This document shows, one piece after another, positions 26,401-39,633 of a stretch of DNA of 64,000 bases. Position numbers and translations under genes: made by a program. The DNA comes from Macrostomum lignano (lineage: Eukaryota). The notes under the pieces were generated by a model. That model saw only the letters and a list, made by a program, of their open reading frames with translations. It did not search any database and had not been told where the DNA came from. Location: assembly GCA_002269645.1 (NCBI GenBank), contig NIVC01003469.1, positions 1-64,000 on the forward strand, given 5' to 3'. Every line of letters begins with the position of its first letter. Position 1 is the first letter of the stretch.

Positions 26401-26834
26401 CTTACGCGCCAGATACTGATTGATACACCCCAGACACCTGAACTGTCAGAAGGATCTTGCATACAGTAATCTGCATGCAAGAAATGAGCTCACAGACCTT
26501 AAAATTGAATGCAGTGACCCCTAAATCTTGATAAGCAGAGTAGTCAAGCATGAAGATATCTTATCAGCCGTAGAGTTCGAGAGTGAATTAATTTCAGCAT
26601 CATCCATATACCTTATTATAGCTATATAGCTAAGCCCGCTCAATTTAGACTCTCTGCCAAGAAATCTGCACTCGGCTGAACAAAAATAAATCAATTACGA
26701 TATTCGCAGTAGGCAATGCCAATATTCATAAATTATATGATCGGAATTTACATTTAAGCCCGACCACTAATACGGTCGTCAGTTATTCAGCCTGCTGCGA
26801 AAGGATAGATGAAAATATTGAGATGAAAATACGT

Positions 26835-27265
26835 TAGCACCAGCACCAAGGGGCGCCAGCACCAGGGGGCGCAATTATCAAGTGGCGCCAGCACCAAGGG
26901 GCGCCAGCACCAAGTGGCGCCAGCACCAAGTGGCGCCAGCACCAAGTGGCGCCAGCACCAAGGGGCGCCAGCACCAAGTGGCGCCAGCACCAAGGGGCGC
27001 CAGCACCAAGTGGCGCCAGCACCAAGTGGCGCCAGCACCAAGTGGCGCCAGCACCAAGTGGCGCCAGCACCAAGGGGCGCCAGCACCAGGGGGCGCCAGC
27101 ACCAGGGGGCGTCATTATCGAGTGGCGCCAGCACCAAGTGGCGCAAGTACCAAGGGGCGCCAGCACCAAGGGGCGCCAGCACCAGGGGGCGCCAGCACCA
27201 AGGGGCGCCAGCACCAGGGGGCGCCATTATCAAGTGGCGCCAGCACCAAGTGGCGCCAGCACCAA
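26835..27265. repeat. 16-bp minisatellite (GGCGCCAGCACCAAGT/G)n
   Basis: Direct tandem repetition. Confidence 0.95.
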
Positions 27266-27884
27266 GCTGTGCTCAGATTTCAGCGGAATGAGGGCATTTC
27301 AAAGTTCAAAAATTTAAGAAGTCCACAAGTCTTGCTGCTTTGCTTGACTTGCACTTCCGGCATGTAAATCAATAATCAATTTAAATTATATTCAACTACC
27401 ATTTTCTGCACAAATTCATATCATGAAAGATGAGATTCTTGTTCAGATCGGTGACTTCAGGTTTCCATTTGAACCGAAAAAATATGCACAGTCTAGAGTA
27501 ACAAAGATTCTCTAATCAGATTGAAAATTAAAATTAGAATCAGCAGGCCAAGCATACGATTATTTACATCCTTTGTAGCTACTACTCACTACAAGAAAGT
27601 AGTGCAAAGCGTTTGTTACCGTTATATTTTATAAAATAAAATAATTTTAAAACAAAAATATTAGTATCAATTTTACTAGAAAAGCCAAACATGATTGAAT
27701 TTAAATTATAACAAACGAAATAGTATATAACTGTCAATTAAAAATATAAATTATCTACTTTCAGTTAATTGATGTCATTATAAAAATGCCAATCGCGACA
27801 CTTGACGCTTCAGACTAAGGGGAAAAAGTAGATTTTTTGAACAAGTTTCCCGGAAAATTACTAGAAAGTCTTGATCCAAATCTG

Positions 27885-28250
27885 AAGAGGGGAGAGGAGA
27901 GAGGAGAGGAGAGAGGAAAGAAGGAAGAGAGGGGGAGAGAGGAGAGGAGAGTGAAGAGGGAGGAGAGGTGAGAGAAAAGAGAGAAGAGGAGATGGGAGAG
28001 AGGGGAAGAGAGGGGAGAGGGGGGAGAGAGGGGAGAGGAGAGGCAAGAGAGAGGAGATGAGAGGAGAAGAGAGGAGAGGGGAAAGAAGGTAGGATAGGGG
28101 AGAGAGAAGAGATAAGATAAGAGGAGTTGAGGAGAGAGGAAATAAGAGGTGAGGAGAGGAGATGGGAGGAGATGAGAAGAGATGAGAGGAGATGAGAGGA
28201 GAGGGGAGAGGGCAAAGAGGGGGAGAGGGAAGAGACAAGGAGAGAGATCT
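27885..28250. repeat. Polypurine GA-rich low-complexity tract
   Basis: Almost pure A/G on the + strand. Confidence 0.9.
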
Positions 28251-28405
28251 TATAGAACTAAATGAGTGTCACCGTTAACAGGGTCCTGTGGGATATGAGT
28301 ATAACAGTGAATTTGAGAGAGAGAGCAAGGTGAAGCGAGGATTAAGAGGCAGAGGCAGTCAAAGAAGAGCCGAACCGGCCACCGCAACAGCCGAGCATTG
28401 CCTCA

Positions 28406-31156
28406 TCACCTACCAGAGCCTTTCTCAGCTCGGTGCTTTGCACCCACAGCATCCGCAACACTGCGATAGCCTTTAGCCTTCAGCAGTGCCTCCAGCTCCC
28501 GGTTGATCCTGTTCACCACGGGTGGGCCTTCATAGACCAGTGCGGTGTACAGCTGCAGCAGGCAGGCTCCGGACTCCAGCTTCTCCAGTGCGTCGGCTCC
28601 GCTGCACAAGCCGCCAACTCCAATGATTGGCATTCGGCCTCCAGTGAGCCGGTAAGCTGAGCTGATGGCTCGATTAGCCAGGGCAGCCAATGGCTGACCG
28701 CTCAGGCCGCCAGCTTGACCTGTCAGATCTGATGAAGCCGAGAGGCTGGATGGTCGAGTAACCGTAGTATTGGAGATGATCAGACCGTCCGCTCCAACTG
28801 ATTCGGCCACGGCGCAAATGTCTGCCAACTCTTGATCTGAGCAGTCTGGCGAGATCTGCGGAGACAGCGGAGGCGGGGTTGCCATGGTAACTAGGAATGC
28901 ATGTAGCATTATGCTATATGCATGCTAGGAGAGGAGAAAGGAGAGAAGAGGAGAGAGGAGAGGAAAGAAAGGAGAGGAGAGAGGAGAGAGGAGAGGGGAG
29001 GGGAGAGAGGAGAGGGGAGGGGAGAGAGGAGAGGAGAGGGGAGAGAGGAGAGGGGATGGGAGAGAGGAGAGGAGAGGGGAGAGAGGAGAGGAGAGGGGAG
29101 AGAGGAGAGGAGAGAGAGGGGAGAGAAGAGAGGGGAGAGAGGAGAGGGTGGAGAGGGAGAGGAGAGGATAGAGGAGATGAGCGGGGAGAAAGGAGAGAGG
29201 CGGCGAGAGATGGGAGAGTGGAGAGAATAGAGAGGAGAGAGGGGAGAGGGAAGAGAGGGGAGAGGGGAGAGGGAGAGAGGGGAGAGGGGAGAGAGGGGAG
29301 AGGGGAGAGAGGAGAGAGGGGAGAGGGGAGAGAGGGGAGAGAGGAGAGAGGGGAGAGGGGAGAGAGGGGAGAGGGGAGAGAGAAGAAAGAGAGGGACAAA
29401 GGAGAGAAAGCAGTAAGCAGTCAAGAAGGCGGGATCAAATAGATGGGCACTGAGCGCCACAGATGCATTCAGCACCATCTGCAGAACACTATTCATAGAG
29501 TCTGCATTTTTGCAACTGTAACAGCCAGCAGAAAACTCCTAATGCCCCCCATCTGTGACATGCAGTCTTTAGACTACATTGATAGATTGAATTGATAGCT
29601 ACGCATGGAGTCAATGCTAAATACTGTTTATAGAATTAACTTCAAAACTGACCTTCAATAGTACGGGCGGCCTACCGACTCCCCGCTTGCCTTTCCAGCC
29701 ATCCAGCTTCACAGCCTCATCTGCGGCAGCCAGCACACCGGCCAGAAGGTTTTGCAATTTCTGACGTCGCTGAAGATCACGCAGGCCGGGAGTGTTGGGA
29801 CTGCTCACGTTTATGACCAGATAGTCTGCTGTGGAAGCAAACTTGCGGGCTCCCAACGCGTAGTCACCAGCCGGGTCTGAGCTGCTTTTATTGGCGCCAA
29901 GATTCACTCCAACCCAACCGCTAGCTGACGCTGAGCGCAGGTTAACCAGAGCCTGTTCGTGGCCGCAGCTGTTGAATCCGTAGCGATTGATGATGGCGGA
30001 GTCTGCCGACAGCCGGAACACCCTCGGCTTGGGGTTGCCAGGCTGCGGCAGAGGCGTCACGCTGCCAACTTCAACGAAACTGAAGCCGAGCCGAAACAGG
30101 CTGTCCACGGCCTGGGCGTCCTTGTCGAATCCGGCTGCCAGGCCCACGGGGTGCGGGAAGTCGCGGTTGAAGGCTTTGATTGACAGCTGGGGAGCCGCTT
30201 GGGTTGCTGTGCTGTAGAGTGAGGAGGTTTTGGGAATAAGTTCCTGTTGGTTGAATGAGAATCTTCCAAGACTCAACACAGTACCTGAGGATTTGGGAGG
30301 CTGGCCCAGCAACTCATGATCTGGGAGGCTGGCCCAGCAACTGAGGATCTGGGAGGCTGGCCCAGCAACTGAGGATCTGGGAGGCTGGCCCAGCAACTGG
30401 GGATCTGGGAGGCTGGCCCAGCAACTGAAAATCTGGGAGGCTGGCCCAGCAACTGGGGATCTGGGAGGCTGGCCCAGCAACTGAAAATCTGGGAGGCTGG
30501 CCCAGCAACTGGGGATCTGGGAGGCTGGCCCAGCAACTGAGGATTTGGGAGGCTGGCCCAGCAAATGGGAGTCTGGGAGGCTGGCCCAGCAACTGAGAAT
30601 CTGGGAGGCTGGCCCAGCAACTGGGGATCTGGGAGGCTGGCCCAGCAACTGGGGATCTGGGAGGCTGGCCCAGCAACTGAAAATCTGGGAGGCTGGCTCA
30701 GCAACTGGGAGTCTGGGAGGCTGGCCCAGCAACTGAGAATCTGGGAGGCTGGCCCAGCAACTGGGGATCTGGGAGGCTGGCCCAGCAACTGAGAATCTGG
30801 GAGGCTGGCTCAGCAACTGGGGATCTGGGAGGCTGGCCCAGCAACTGGGGATCTGGGAGGCTGGCCCAGCAACTGAGGATCTGGGAGGCTGGCCCAGCAA
30901 CTGAGGATCGGGCAGGGAGGCTCTGGCAATCAGTCAGTCACCCAGAATAATGCTACCTGGTCAGAAGCCAGGATGGAGCCCGGGCCAGACCCCAGATAGC
31001 CAAGCGGTGAGCAGTCTCCGGGTCCAGCAAGCGGTGAACAGTTGGCATGGCAACATCCCGATAAAATTTCTCGCTGCCACTGAAAGCAGCAGCGGCTGTG
31101 CCGATGGCCAGGCCGCCTGACCAAACCAGCAGCAGGTTGCCAAGGCGACGAGTTGA
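28406..31156 (-). CDS. DHODH: Dihydroorotate dehydrogenase (quinone), class 2. Exons 31156-30957, 30211-29653, 28855-28406; start-codon exon lies further upstream and was not identified.
   Basis: LLDPETAHRLAI, PVGLAAGFDK, GFSFVEVGSVTPLPQPGNPKPRVFRL, INRYGFNS, INVSSPNTPGLR, LLK|ISPD, SNTT, GGLSG, IIGVGG, QLYTALVYEGP; phase-compatible GT-AG junctions. Confidence 0.95.
28925..29405. repeat. Polypurine GA-rich tract in a DHODH intron
   Basis: Almost pure A/G on the + strand. Confidence 0.9.
30290..30905. repeat. 28-bp minisatellite (CTGGCCCAGCAACTGGGGATCTGGGAGG)n in a DHODH intron
   Basis: About 22 tandem units. Confidence 0.95.
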
Positions 31157-33429
31157 CTGCAATTATTTAAGGAATATTATGCACTTTAAACTAGTTTTTT
31201 GGTTAAGTAAGCAGCTAAAATGTGAAAAAATAAATATATGAAAAACAATTAACTAAAAATAGGTCTAGCAACATTACAAAATAAAACAAATAAAATCATA
31301 AAACTTTTTTGGCTTTCTAAAACTTCAAGTCTGTCAGACAATTTTACAATTACTATTTAGTTTTTGTTTCATAATTGATTATTGCAGGTTCATATTCAGA
31401 GCTGAAAAATAAAAGGTTTAAATAAAACTTCTAATGCATATTGCAGTTCATTCAAAAGACCATAATTTTTCTATAAGAAATGTTTTAAAACTAAAAAACA
31501 GCTAAATTTATGTACAATGAAAATCAAATAAATATGCAAAATAGTTTTCTACATAACAGGATATTTTTTCTCATTTTCTCTTCTAGTCTGTCCCTGATTT
31601 GACTTATTTATTTTAGCAAATTTGCAATTTTGCAGACTTTAAGATTCAAATATAGACATATTGTAGTTTTAAGAATCTAGGCCTATCTATGTACAAAATT
31701 CTGTTTTTATAAAATAAAAATATTAAAATTAGTATGATTAGGTATTAATTAAAGATGACTAGGCCTAGCATATACAAAAGAAAGCCTTATATATAATTCT
31801 AGATGGCATAAGATCTAGCCAATTTAAAGGCACATTGTTGTACAAAAAAATTGAGCAAGCTTCCCATAGGTAATTAGCTGTTTATGTCATAGTAAAGAAG
31901 GTAATACTAATTATATAATTTTCAAATGCTAGACTTTGTAACCAGCATTTTGCTTCCCTCTTTTAGCTATTTCACTAATGCCACCAAGTTGTCTACTCTA
32001 AGTAGCATTAGCTGCCCCAAACTATGATTCTTTCCTAGAAATTCCTAGTTCATGTGGGTTTCTTAGAAGCCTTGTGATAGTGTTTAGTGCCCGAGTGGTA
32101 AGACACCTGTTCCAGATCCCTAGTTCTGGGTCTCCACAACCTTGAGTTTTCCCTATTCAGTAAAGAAATAGCGAAACAAGTCTTAGCAGAAGTTTAGAGT
32201 TGAACCTGGAATTCTAAGAGTTATTAAGCAGTAAAATGGTTTAAGCAAGAGAGAGAATTTATTTTCTATTCCAAATTGCTTCCTTTTATAGTAGATTACA
32301 AGAGGAGGGGGTGGGCACCACACATTGAAACAAAAATTAATGAAATTTATAAATTAGAATTTAAACAAAATTTTTTACAAGATTAAAACAATAGAGAAGA
32401 ATTTTTCTGATTGGTAGGAATAAAATACACATGGTTAATTACTATTAGTAGAATAATTAGATTACTTATACAACCCTGCCTCAAATTTTTAAAACTAAAA
32501 GCAGGCCTATTTTGTATGGCACATAAGTAGGCATTCCAATCCTTTTATTTTTTAGGGACTTGAAATTTTGGGATTTATGATCCTCGGGATTACAACAGTG
32601 CGGGATTGGGATCCCGGGATTCAAACTGATTTTAATTCTCTTTTTTCAACTAAAATAATCATGTAAAATTTGAAAAAAAAGATTCAACTTTAAAAAATAT
32701 GAAATAATACAACTGCAGCCTGCATGTCTGTATCGAAATCACACATAAAAAGTAGCAAAATTTGTTAGAGCACTTTGTTAAGCAGAAATTTAATTTTTTT
32801 TTCATTTTCATAAAGTGTAATTTAATTTCACATGTTCATCTGTTGCGTGATGTCTAACACTGTAATGTGGCATTAAACATGACATTCACTTAGATAATTT
32901 ACATTGATATTGCATAGCTAGCTATATAATCTATATTAAAACAAGTTATTATTGTTGTAATCAATTATTTTCAATTATCTTTTATGGATAAATATTATTA
33001 ATAATTATCAAACAATTTTCTATTTCTAATTGTACAATAACTAAGCAAAGAGAAGTTTATTGCATAAATATACCAGTTTAGACCATTAGCTATCATTATA
33101 AATATCATAATTATACTTTGTGGTCGTGGTGGAAGCTGGATGTAGATGTTTCAATACATTTGATATCGAGATCCTGGGATTTTTTGAACTTCGAAGCAGG
33201 ATCCCAGGATTACTCTCAGTCAGGATTTTCTAGGATCAATGATCCTGGGATTTTAGAGATTTCAGGATTTTCAAATTTTAGGATTGTAAATTGTTGGGAT
33301 TTTTGAATCCCTACACATAAGTTTCCATAGGTAGTTCTATGTCATAAAAAGCACAAAAAGCTTTTGAAGACAAGCTATATATTATCTGTGTATTAGTTCT
33401 ATAGATATCTTATCAAAAGACTATATAAA

Positions 33430-34700
33430 AGATAGATAGGATTAAAGTTGTCTCTGCATTGTACAAGATAGTCTTGGTCACTGCCTGTAACAATGCCACT
33501 CTCTAGTAGTCAGGTAGGGCTTTAGACTGTAAGACTGCCTTCACAGAATGAAAGGCAACCCAAGCAAGCCTGTGGCAATGCAGCAAATTCTTGCAAATGC
33601 CAAGAACCAGACCACCTAGTCACACAAACTGCTGACAATGGGGAAGCTTTGTCGCCAGTCCATTAGCACTTCAACACAAGATTGCAGCCTCACAGTTGTC
33701 TAGCATATAGAGCATGATGGTTTTCTGTGTGTTGACCTTGACCACCAGGTTGACACTTGCTGCAATAGCAATTAGCATATCTAGTTAGCAGGGCAAGATA
33801 AGCCAAGCATACTGAGCCACCTCTCTAGTTAATATATTCTATGCATTAACACAATAGAGAGCCATTATTGTTGGTAAGAAAAGCAGTCCATACCACACAG
33901 TCAAGCACAAGAAAGAACAGGATTGGTATAAGAATATCTCCCTGAAGCACCCCAGAATATTTTCCAAATTATAATAGGCTGTCTAATGTTGAAATGGCAG
34001 CTTTTGTATTGAAGTACATTGCCATGATGGTAGAAATCAACTGCTCTGGCAGATTGTATTTACAGAGCACCTTTGGAAGCACAGACCTAACAACCAAGCT
34101 AAGTGCCTTCTTGAAATTATGAAGATGACAATCAGGATTGGCTGGCATGTCCGCGCCTCCTTGATGACTCAGCAAAGAGATCTACAATTTGCATCACTAT
34201 GTCACAATGGGGCCAAAAGCCATTCTCTTCAGGACATAGGCATAGATCTAGCAACAGCTGCAACCACAATTATAGCATCTAGTTGAACAACTTTGCAACG
34301 TAGGAGTCAAGACTAAAGGTAGATACTTCAATGATCCTCAAGCCTTGTGGTGTCTAGCTTCTTAGGAATTGTGATAATATGTATATAGTGGTCCATTTTT
34401 TGGGTTGGATGCCTTTTTACTAAAGAACAATTCATCATTGGCCACTTCATTGGCCATACAATGGATAGGCCTATATAGCACTTCAATAAGCATCTTGTCT
34501 AGACCCAGTGCTTTCCTGTCTGGTGACTATTAGGCAAGCCTCATAATGTCAACTATGCTAACTGGTGCTAAACTGAAACTTTTCTCTATTTGCAAAGGTA
34601 GGCCTATCTCTTGTAATAGCATTAGACTGTTTGCCAATGAGGTAGTAGTGCATATTGACACAAACTAATACTATATAATAGGCATCAAGCAACAATATAA
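33430..34700 (-). mobile_element. Heavily decayed non-LTR retrotransposon (LINE) reverse transcriptase remnant
   Basis: Minus-strand fragments RKALGLDKM (~34500), FKKA..VLPKVLCKYNLPEQLISTIMAMYFNTKAAI (34120-33980) and GVLQGDILIPILFFLVLD (~33950-33900) occur in RT order with many stops; boundaries approximate. Confidence 0.7.
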
Positions 34701-36669
34701 TATGCTTGTATTTCATATTGTACAATCTATAGGGGCTTAGTCATCCATAGAATATTATACTTATTTATGCAATAGACCATAGATAGGCCTAGGCCCTATG
34801 GCTATTTGTTTTGTCTAGAGGCTAGAGGCTAGAGCTAGGTCTAACATTAACAATATTACTTTTTCTTTTCTTTCTATCAAAATAGGCCTAGGCCAGGCTT
34901 ATACCCATAATTTATAATTAGGCCCTGCCCCTAGCCTAGACCCTCGGAGTCTAGGACTTAGGACTAGGGGCCTAGGCCTAAGCGTAACCTAGGATTGCTG
35001 CTCTGCATTCTATTATATGGCCAATATGGTAAATATATATAACTTTGGCCAATTTGTTTTTTACCAATGTTAAACCAGTTTCAAAAAGTACATAAAGGGA
35101 CTGGGGTGGCTGTACACTGATGACAAGTAGAATTATATACATATTATTTGCAGCCATTTGTTAGGCCTAATGTTAGCATTACTACCATTAGGCCTATATT
35201 TAAAGAATAAATTGACTTTGGACATAGCCATAAAGCCCATAAGTATAAATATTGTTGTGTGGCTGGCTTAAAACGTCTATAAAAATACAAGGCACAAGTC
35301 AAATGATATTAAGTCTGCAGATTATGCAGAGAAAAATGCAAGTGGTATGCCTAGCTGTTAAATACAATCGCAATCCTATTAGTTGCTGAATTCTAAAAAT
35401 AGGCCCCCTATTTAACTCATACAAGCAATTATAAAGGCTTAACTACATCCCTCCACTAGTATCTATTGAACCCTATATATTACTTTGTATAAACGCCGTC
35501 GCCATCGATACGAGATACGAAGAAATATCGGAAAACTGCACTGGTCACGTGTTGAAAGACGAACGCAGCGCCGCGCAAGTAAAATAAAAACATTTTAAAC
35601 AAATATTTTATTGGAAGTAAAAAATAACGCAGTAAATGCCTACAAACGATCAAGTACATATATATGCGTTACAAGTAAGGCAAAATAGCATTTTTTTAAA
35701 AAGAATTATTAATTTAGTAAAAATCGATAATAAAACTTATCGAAATTCAAAATAGCTTCGCATGTACGCTCGGATTTGTTTTGACTCTGACTTTCTGGGC
35801 CTCAAAAAAGCAATTTTAACGTTTTAATTTCTTTTATAGCAAGTTGAATATAGATTTAGCTATGAATTTTCTTATCCATGTATCAGAGTGGAATAAAAAT
35901 TCTTTGCGAGGATAATCAATATTTTAATTTGCGTGCTAAAACCAAATAGTACTTTTGCGTTCTATAAGTTGTAGTAGTTATAGCACTATACAGAAAAAAA
36001 ACAGATTGTCAATAAGTAAATCAAAGTCAATGAAAGCATCGATATTTGATGGTTTATGCATAGGATTATGTTTATTAAAGAGAAGTGTATCAAATACCAA
36101 AAAATACAGTATCTTACAAAACTTCTCTTCGCATGACGACTGAACAAAAATTAAGCCAGTAAGGCGGAAATACGGTAATAAAATAATGTTCATAAGGTTG
36201 CATTTGCATTAGATGAGTAATTAGAAAAAATCTACTCAAATTCGTAGTACGAGCGTATAAGTAGGCTAAAATGAGCTTCAAATTAAAAAAAGATATCGCT
36301 GAAAGTGCTACTCCTCACAATGGCTTGCACTGAAAAGTTTAAATAAATTAACAAGCATGTGTACTAGCGTACTATTCAAGGCTCACAGTCACAGTTATTG
36401 TCTTCATTGAGCAGAAATGTTCATGTGTTTATTTAACTCCGAGCTCTCCCTATTGACATTCGGACTACTCGGGGAAGTATTACCTGTTGGTTCCGGCCTT
36501 TTTGAGTCTCTGCTAATGCTACCGATTTTCTCTTGTATTTTTGCCACGGCGCGGTCAACTAAAGGCTTGGTGGTGGTCCGGGCAACTGAAAGTTAATAAA
36601 TAAATTTCAGTTGTTCAGCTACAAAGCTTTCAAATGGGATTAAGAATGTGGGTCTCTTAAAGTTAATAA

Positions 36670-37885
36670 ACTGGGCGCCTGTTGCTGGCGCCTCTGGTAC
36701 TAAAAGCCCTGTTGCTAAAGCCTCTGGCGCTGCATAGTGCCCCTGGTGCTGGCGCCTCTGGTGCTGGTGCGCCTGGTGCTGGCGCCCCTGGTGCTGGCGC
36801 CTCTGGTGCTGGTGCGCCTGGTGCTGGCGCCCCTGGCGCTGCATAGTGCCCCTGGTGCTGGCGCCTCTGGTGCTGGTGCGCCTGGTGCTGGCGCCCCTGG
36901 CGCTGCATAGTGCCCCTGGTGCTGGCGCCTCTGGTGCTGGTGCGCCTGGTGCTGGCGCCCCTGGTGCTGGCGCCTCTGGTGCTGGCGCCCCTGGTGCTGG
37001 CGCCCCTAGTGCTGGCGCCCCTGGTGCTGGCGCCCCTGGTGCTGGCGCCTCTGGTGCTGGTGCGCCTGGTGCTGGCGCCCCTGGTGCTGGCGCCCCTGGT
37101 GCTGGCGCCCCTGGTGCTGGCGCCTCTGGTGCTGGTGCGCCTGGTGCTAAAGCCCCTGGTGCTAAAGCCCCTGGTGCTAAAGCCCCTGGTGCTAAAGCCC
37201 CTGGTGCTAAAGCCCCTGGTGCTAAAGCCCCTGGTGCTGGTGCGCCTGGTGCTAAAGCCCCTGGTGCTAAAGCCCCTGGTGCTAAAGCCCCTGGTGCTAA
37301 AGCCCCTGGTGCTAAAGCCCCTGGTGCTAAAGCCCCTGGTGCTAAAGCCCCTGGTGCTAAAGCCCCTGGTGCTAAAGCCCCTGGTGCTAAAGCCCCTGGT
37401 GCTAAAGCCCCTGGTGCTAAAGCCCCTGGTGCTAAAGCCCCTGGTGCTAAAGCCCCTGGTGCTAAAGCCCCTGGTGCTAAAGCCCCTGGTGCTAAAGCCC
37501 CTGGTGCTAAAGCCCCTGGTGCTAAAGCCCCTGGTGCTAAAGCCCCTGGTGCTAAAGCCCCTGGTGCTAAAGCCCCTGGTGCTAAAGCCCCTGGTGCTAA
37601 AGCCCCTGGTGCTAAAGCCCCTGGTGCTAAAGCCCCTGGTGCTAAAGCCCCTGGTGCTAAAGCCCCTGGTGCTAAAGCCCCTGGTGCTAAAGCCCCTGGT
37701 GCTAAAGCCCCTGGTGCTAAAGCCCCTGGTGCTAAAGCCCCTGGTGCTAAAGCCCCTGGTGCTAAAGCCCCTGGTGCTAAAGCCCCTGGTGCTAAAGCCC
37801 CTGGTGCTAAAGCCCCTGGTGCTAAAGCCCCTGGTGCTAAAGCCCCTGGTGCTAAAGCCCCTGGTGCTAAAGCCCCTGGTGCTAC
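36670..37885. repeat. 15-bp minisatellite: (GCTGGCGCCCCTGGT)n grading into homogeneous (GCTAAAGCCCCTGGT)n
   Basis: Direct tandem repetition; ~64-bp higher-order units at the left end. Confidence 0.95.
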
Positions 37886-39633
37886 AGCAGCGCGCATAAG
37901 AGGAAATTTTGGTCAAAAATGCTTACCATAAGCACAAGTGTCTCCGGTCTCGATTAACAGTGCCAAAACCAGCAGTGTTGCAAGCGACAGAACGATCTGG
38001 CCAATCTGCATTACTTCGGTGTTTTTAGTTAACACTAATGCAGCTTAGAGGTACTGTAGCTACTACTAAAAGCATTACTAATTTTATTTATTTAATGCGT
38101 CTTGAAACACGCTTTTATAAGCTTTGAAAGCAGATTCGGCAAGGTGACTCATTGCAAGATTTCCCATAGACAGCCATAGGAATCTTTGAGCATAAGTTCG
38201 AATTCTATATTGCGAATGTTCTCTAATTATTAAAAACTCAAATAATTTTATGATTAATGAACATATTTCTGAGCCTTGCAAAACTAGACGCCCAAAATTG
38301 ACAGTTCAATGTGTAGCTTATCTCTAGTTCCCTTTCCGCAGCTCAGTGCTGCAGCCAGGGAACCAGGCTGTAACCCTACTAGCACTACTGCAACCCTACT
38401 AGCACTACTGCAACCCTACTAGCACTACTGCAACCCTACTTAGCACTACTGTAACCCTACTAGCACTACTGCAACCCTACTAGCACTACTGCAACCCTAC
38501 TTAGCATTACTGCAACCCTACTAGCACTACTGCAACCCTACTAGCACTACTGCAACCCTACTAGCACTACTGCAACCCTACTAGCACTACTGCAACCCTA
38601 CTAGCACTACTGCAACCCTACTAGCACTACTGCAACCCTACTAGCACTACTGTAACCCTACTAGCACTACTGTAACCCTACTAGCACTACTGTAACCCTA
38701 CTAGCACTACTGCAACCCTACTAGCACTACTGCAACCCTACTAGCACTACTGTAACCCTACTAGCACTACTGTAACCCTACTAGCACTACTGCAACCCTA
38801 CTAGCACTACTGCAACCCTACTAGCACTACTGCAACCCTACTAGCACTACTGCAACCCTACTAGCACTACTGCAACCCTACTAGCACTACTGCAAACGTA
38901 CTCGTACACTGTAACCCTACTAGCACTACTGCAAACGTACTCGTACACTGTAACCCTACTAGCACTACTGCAAACGTACTCGTACACTGCAACCCTACTA
39001 GCACTACTGCAACCCTACTTAGCATTACTGCAACCCTACTAGCACTACTGCAACCCTACTAGCACTACTGCAACCCTACTAGCACTACTGCAACCCTACT
39101 AGCACTACTGCAACCCTACTAGCACTACTGCAACCCTACTAGCACTACTGCAACCCTACTAGCACTACTGTAACCCTACTAGCACTACTGTAACCCTACT
39201 AGCACTACTGTAACCCTACTAGCACTACTGCAACCCTACTAGCACTACTGCAACCCTACTAGCACTACTGTAACCCTACTAGCACTACTGTAACCCTACT
39301 AGCACTACTGCAACCCTACTAGCACTACTGCAACCCTACTAGCACTACTGCAACCCTACTAGCACTACTGCAACCCTACTAGCACTACTGTAACCCTACT
39401 AGCACTACTGTAACCCTACTAGCACTACTGCAACCCTACTAGCACTACTGCAACCCTACTAGCACTACTGCAACCCTACTAGCACTACTGCAACCCTACT
39501 AGCACTACTGCAACCCTACTAGCACTACTGCAACCCTACTAGCACTACTGCAAACGTACTCGTACACTGTAACCCTACTAGCACTACTGCAAACGTACTC
39601 GTACACTGTAACCCTACTAGCACTACTGCAACC

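Noticed and set aside
30273-30900. Apparent 200-aa N-terminal repeat extension of DHODH in the ORF track
   Set aside because: It is the intronic 28-bp repeat; the 30957 donor and 30211 acceptor remove it in phase
32085-32140. A-box-like GCCCGAGTGGTAAG suggesting a tRNA gene
   Set aside because: No proper B box or cloverleaf; at most a decayed SINE. No intact tRNA or rRNA gene was seen in the window.
35484-35505. Candidate DHODH first exon ATGGCGACGGCGTTTATACAAA|GT with a nearby GTCACGTG box
   Set aside because: It is phase 1 while the 31156 acceptor needs phase 0; plausible only with an indel or another exon, so not called
36593-37931. Collagen- or elastin-like PGA/KAPG ORFs of 330-430 aa
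   Set aside because: Open in several frames on both strands because the 15-bp unit lacks stops; no unique coding flanks
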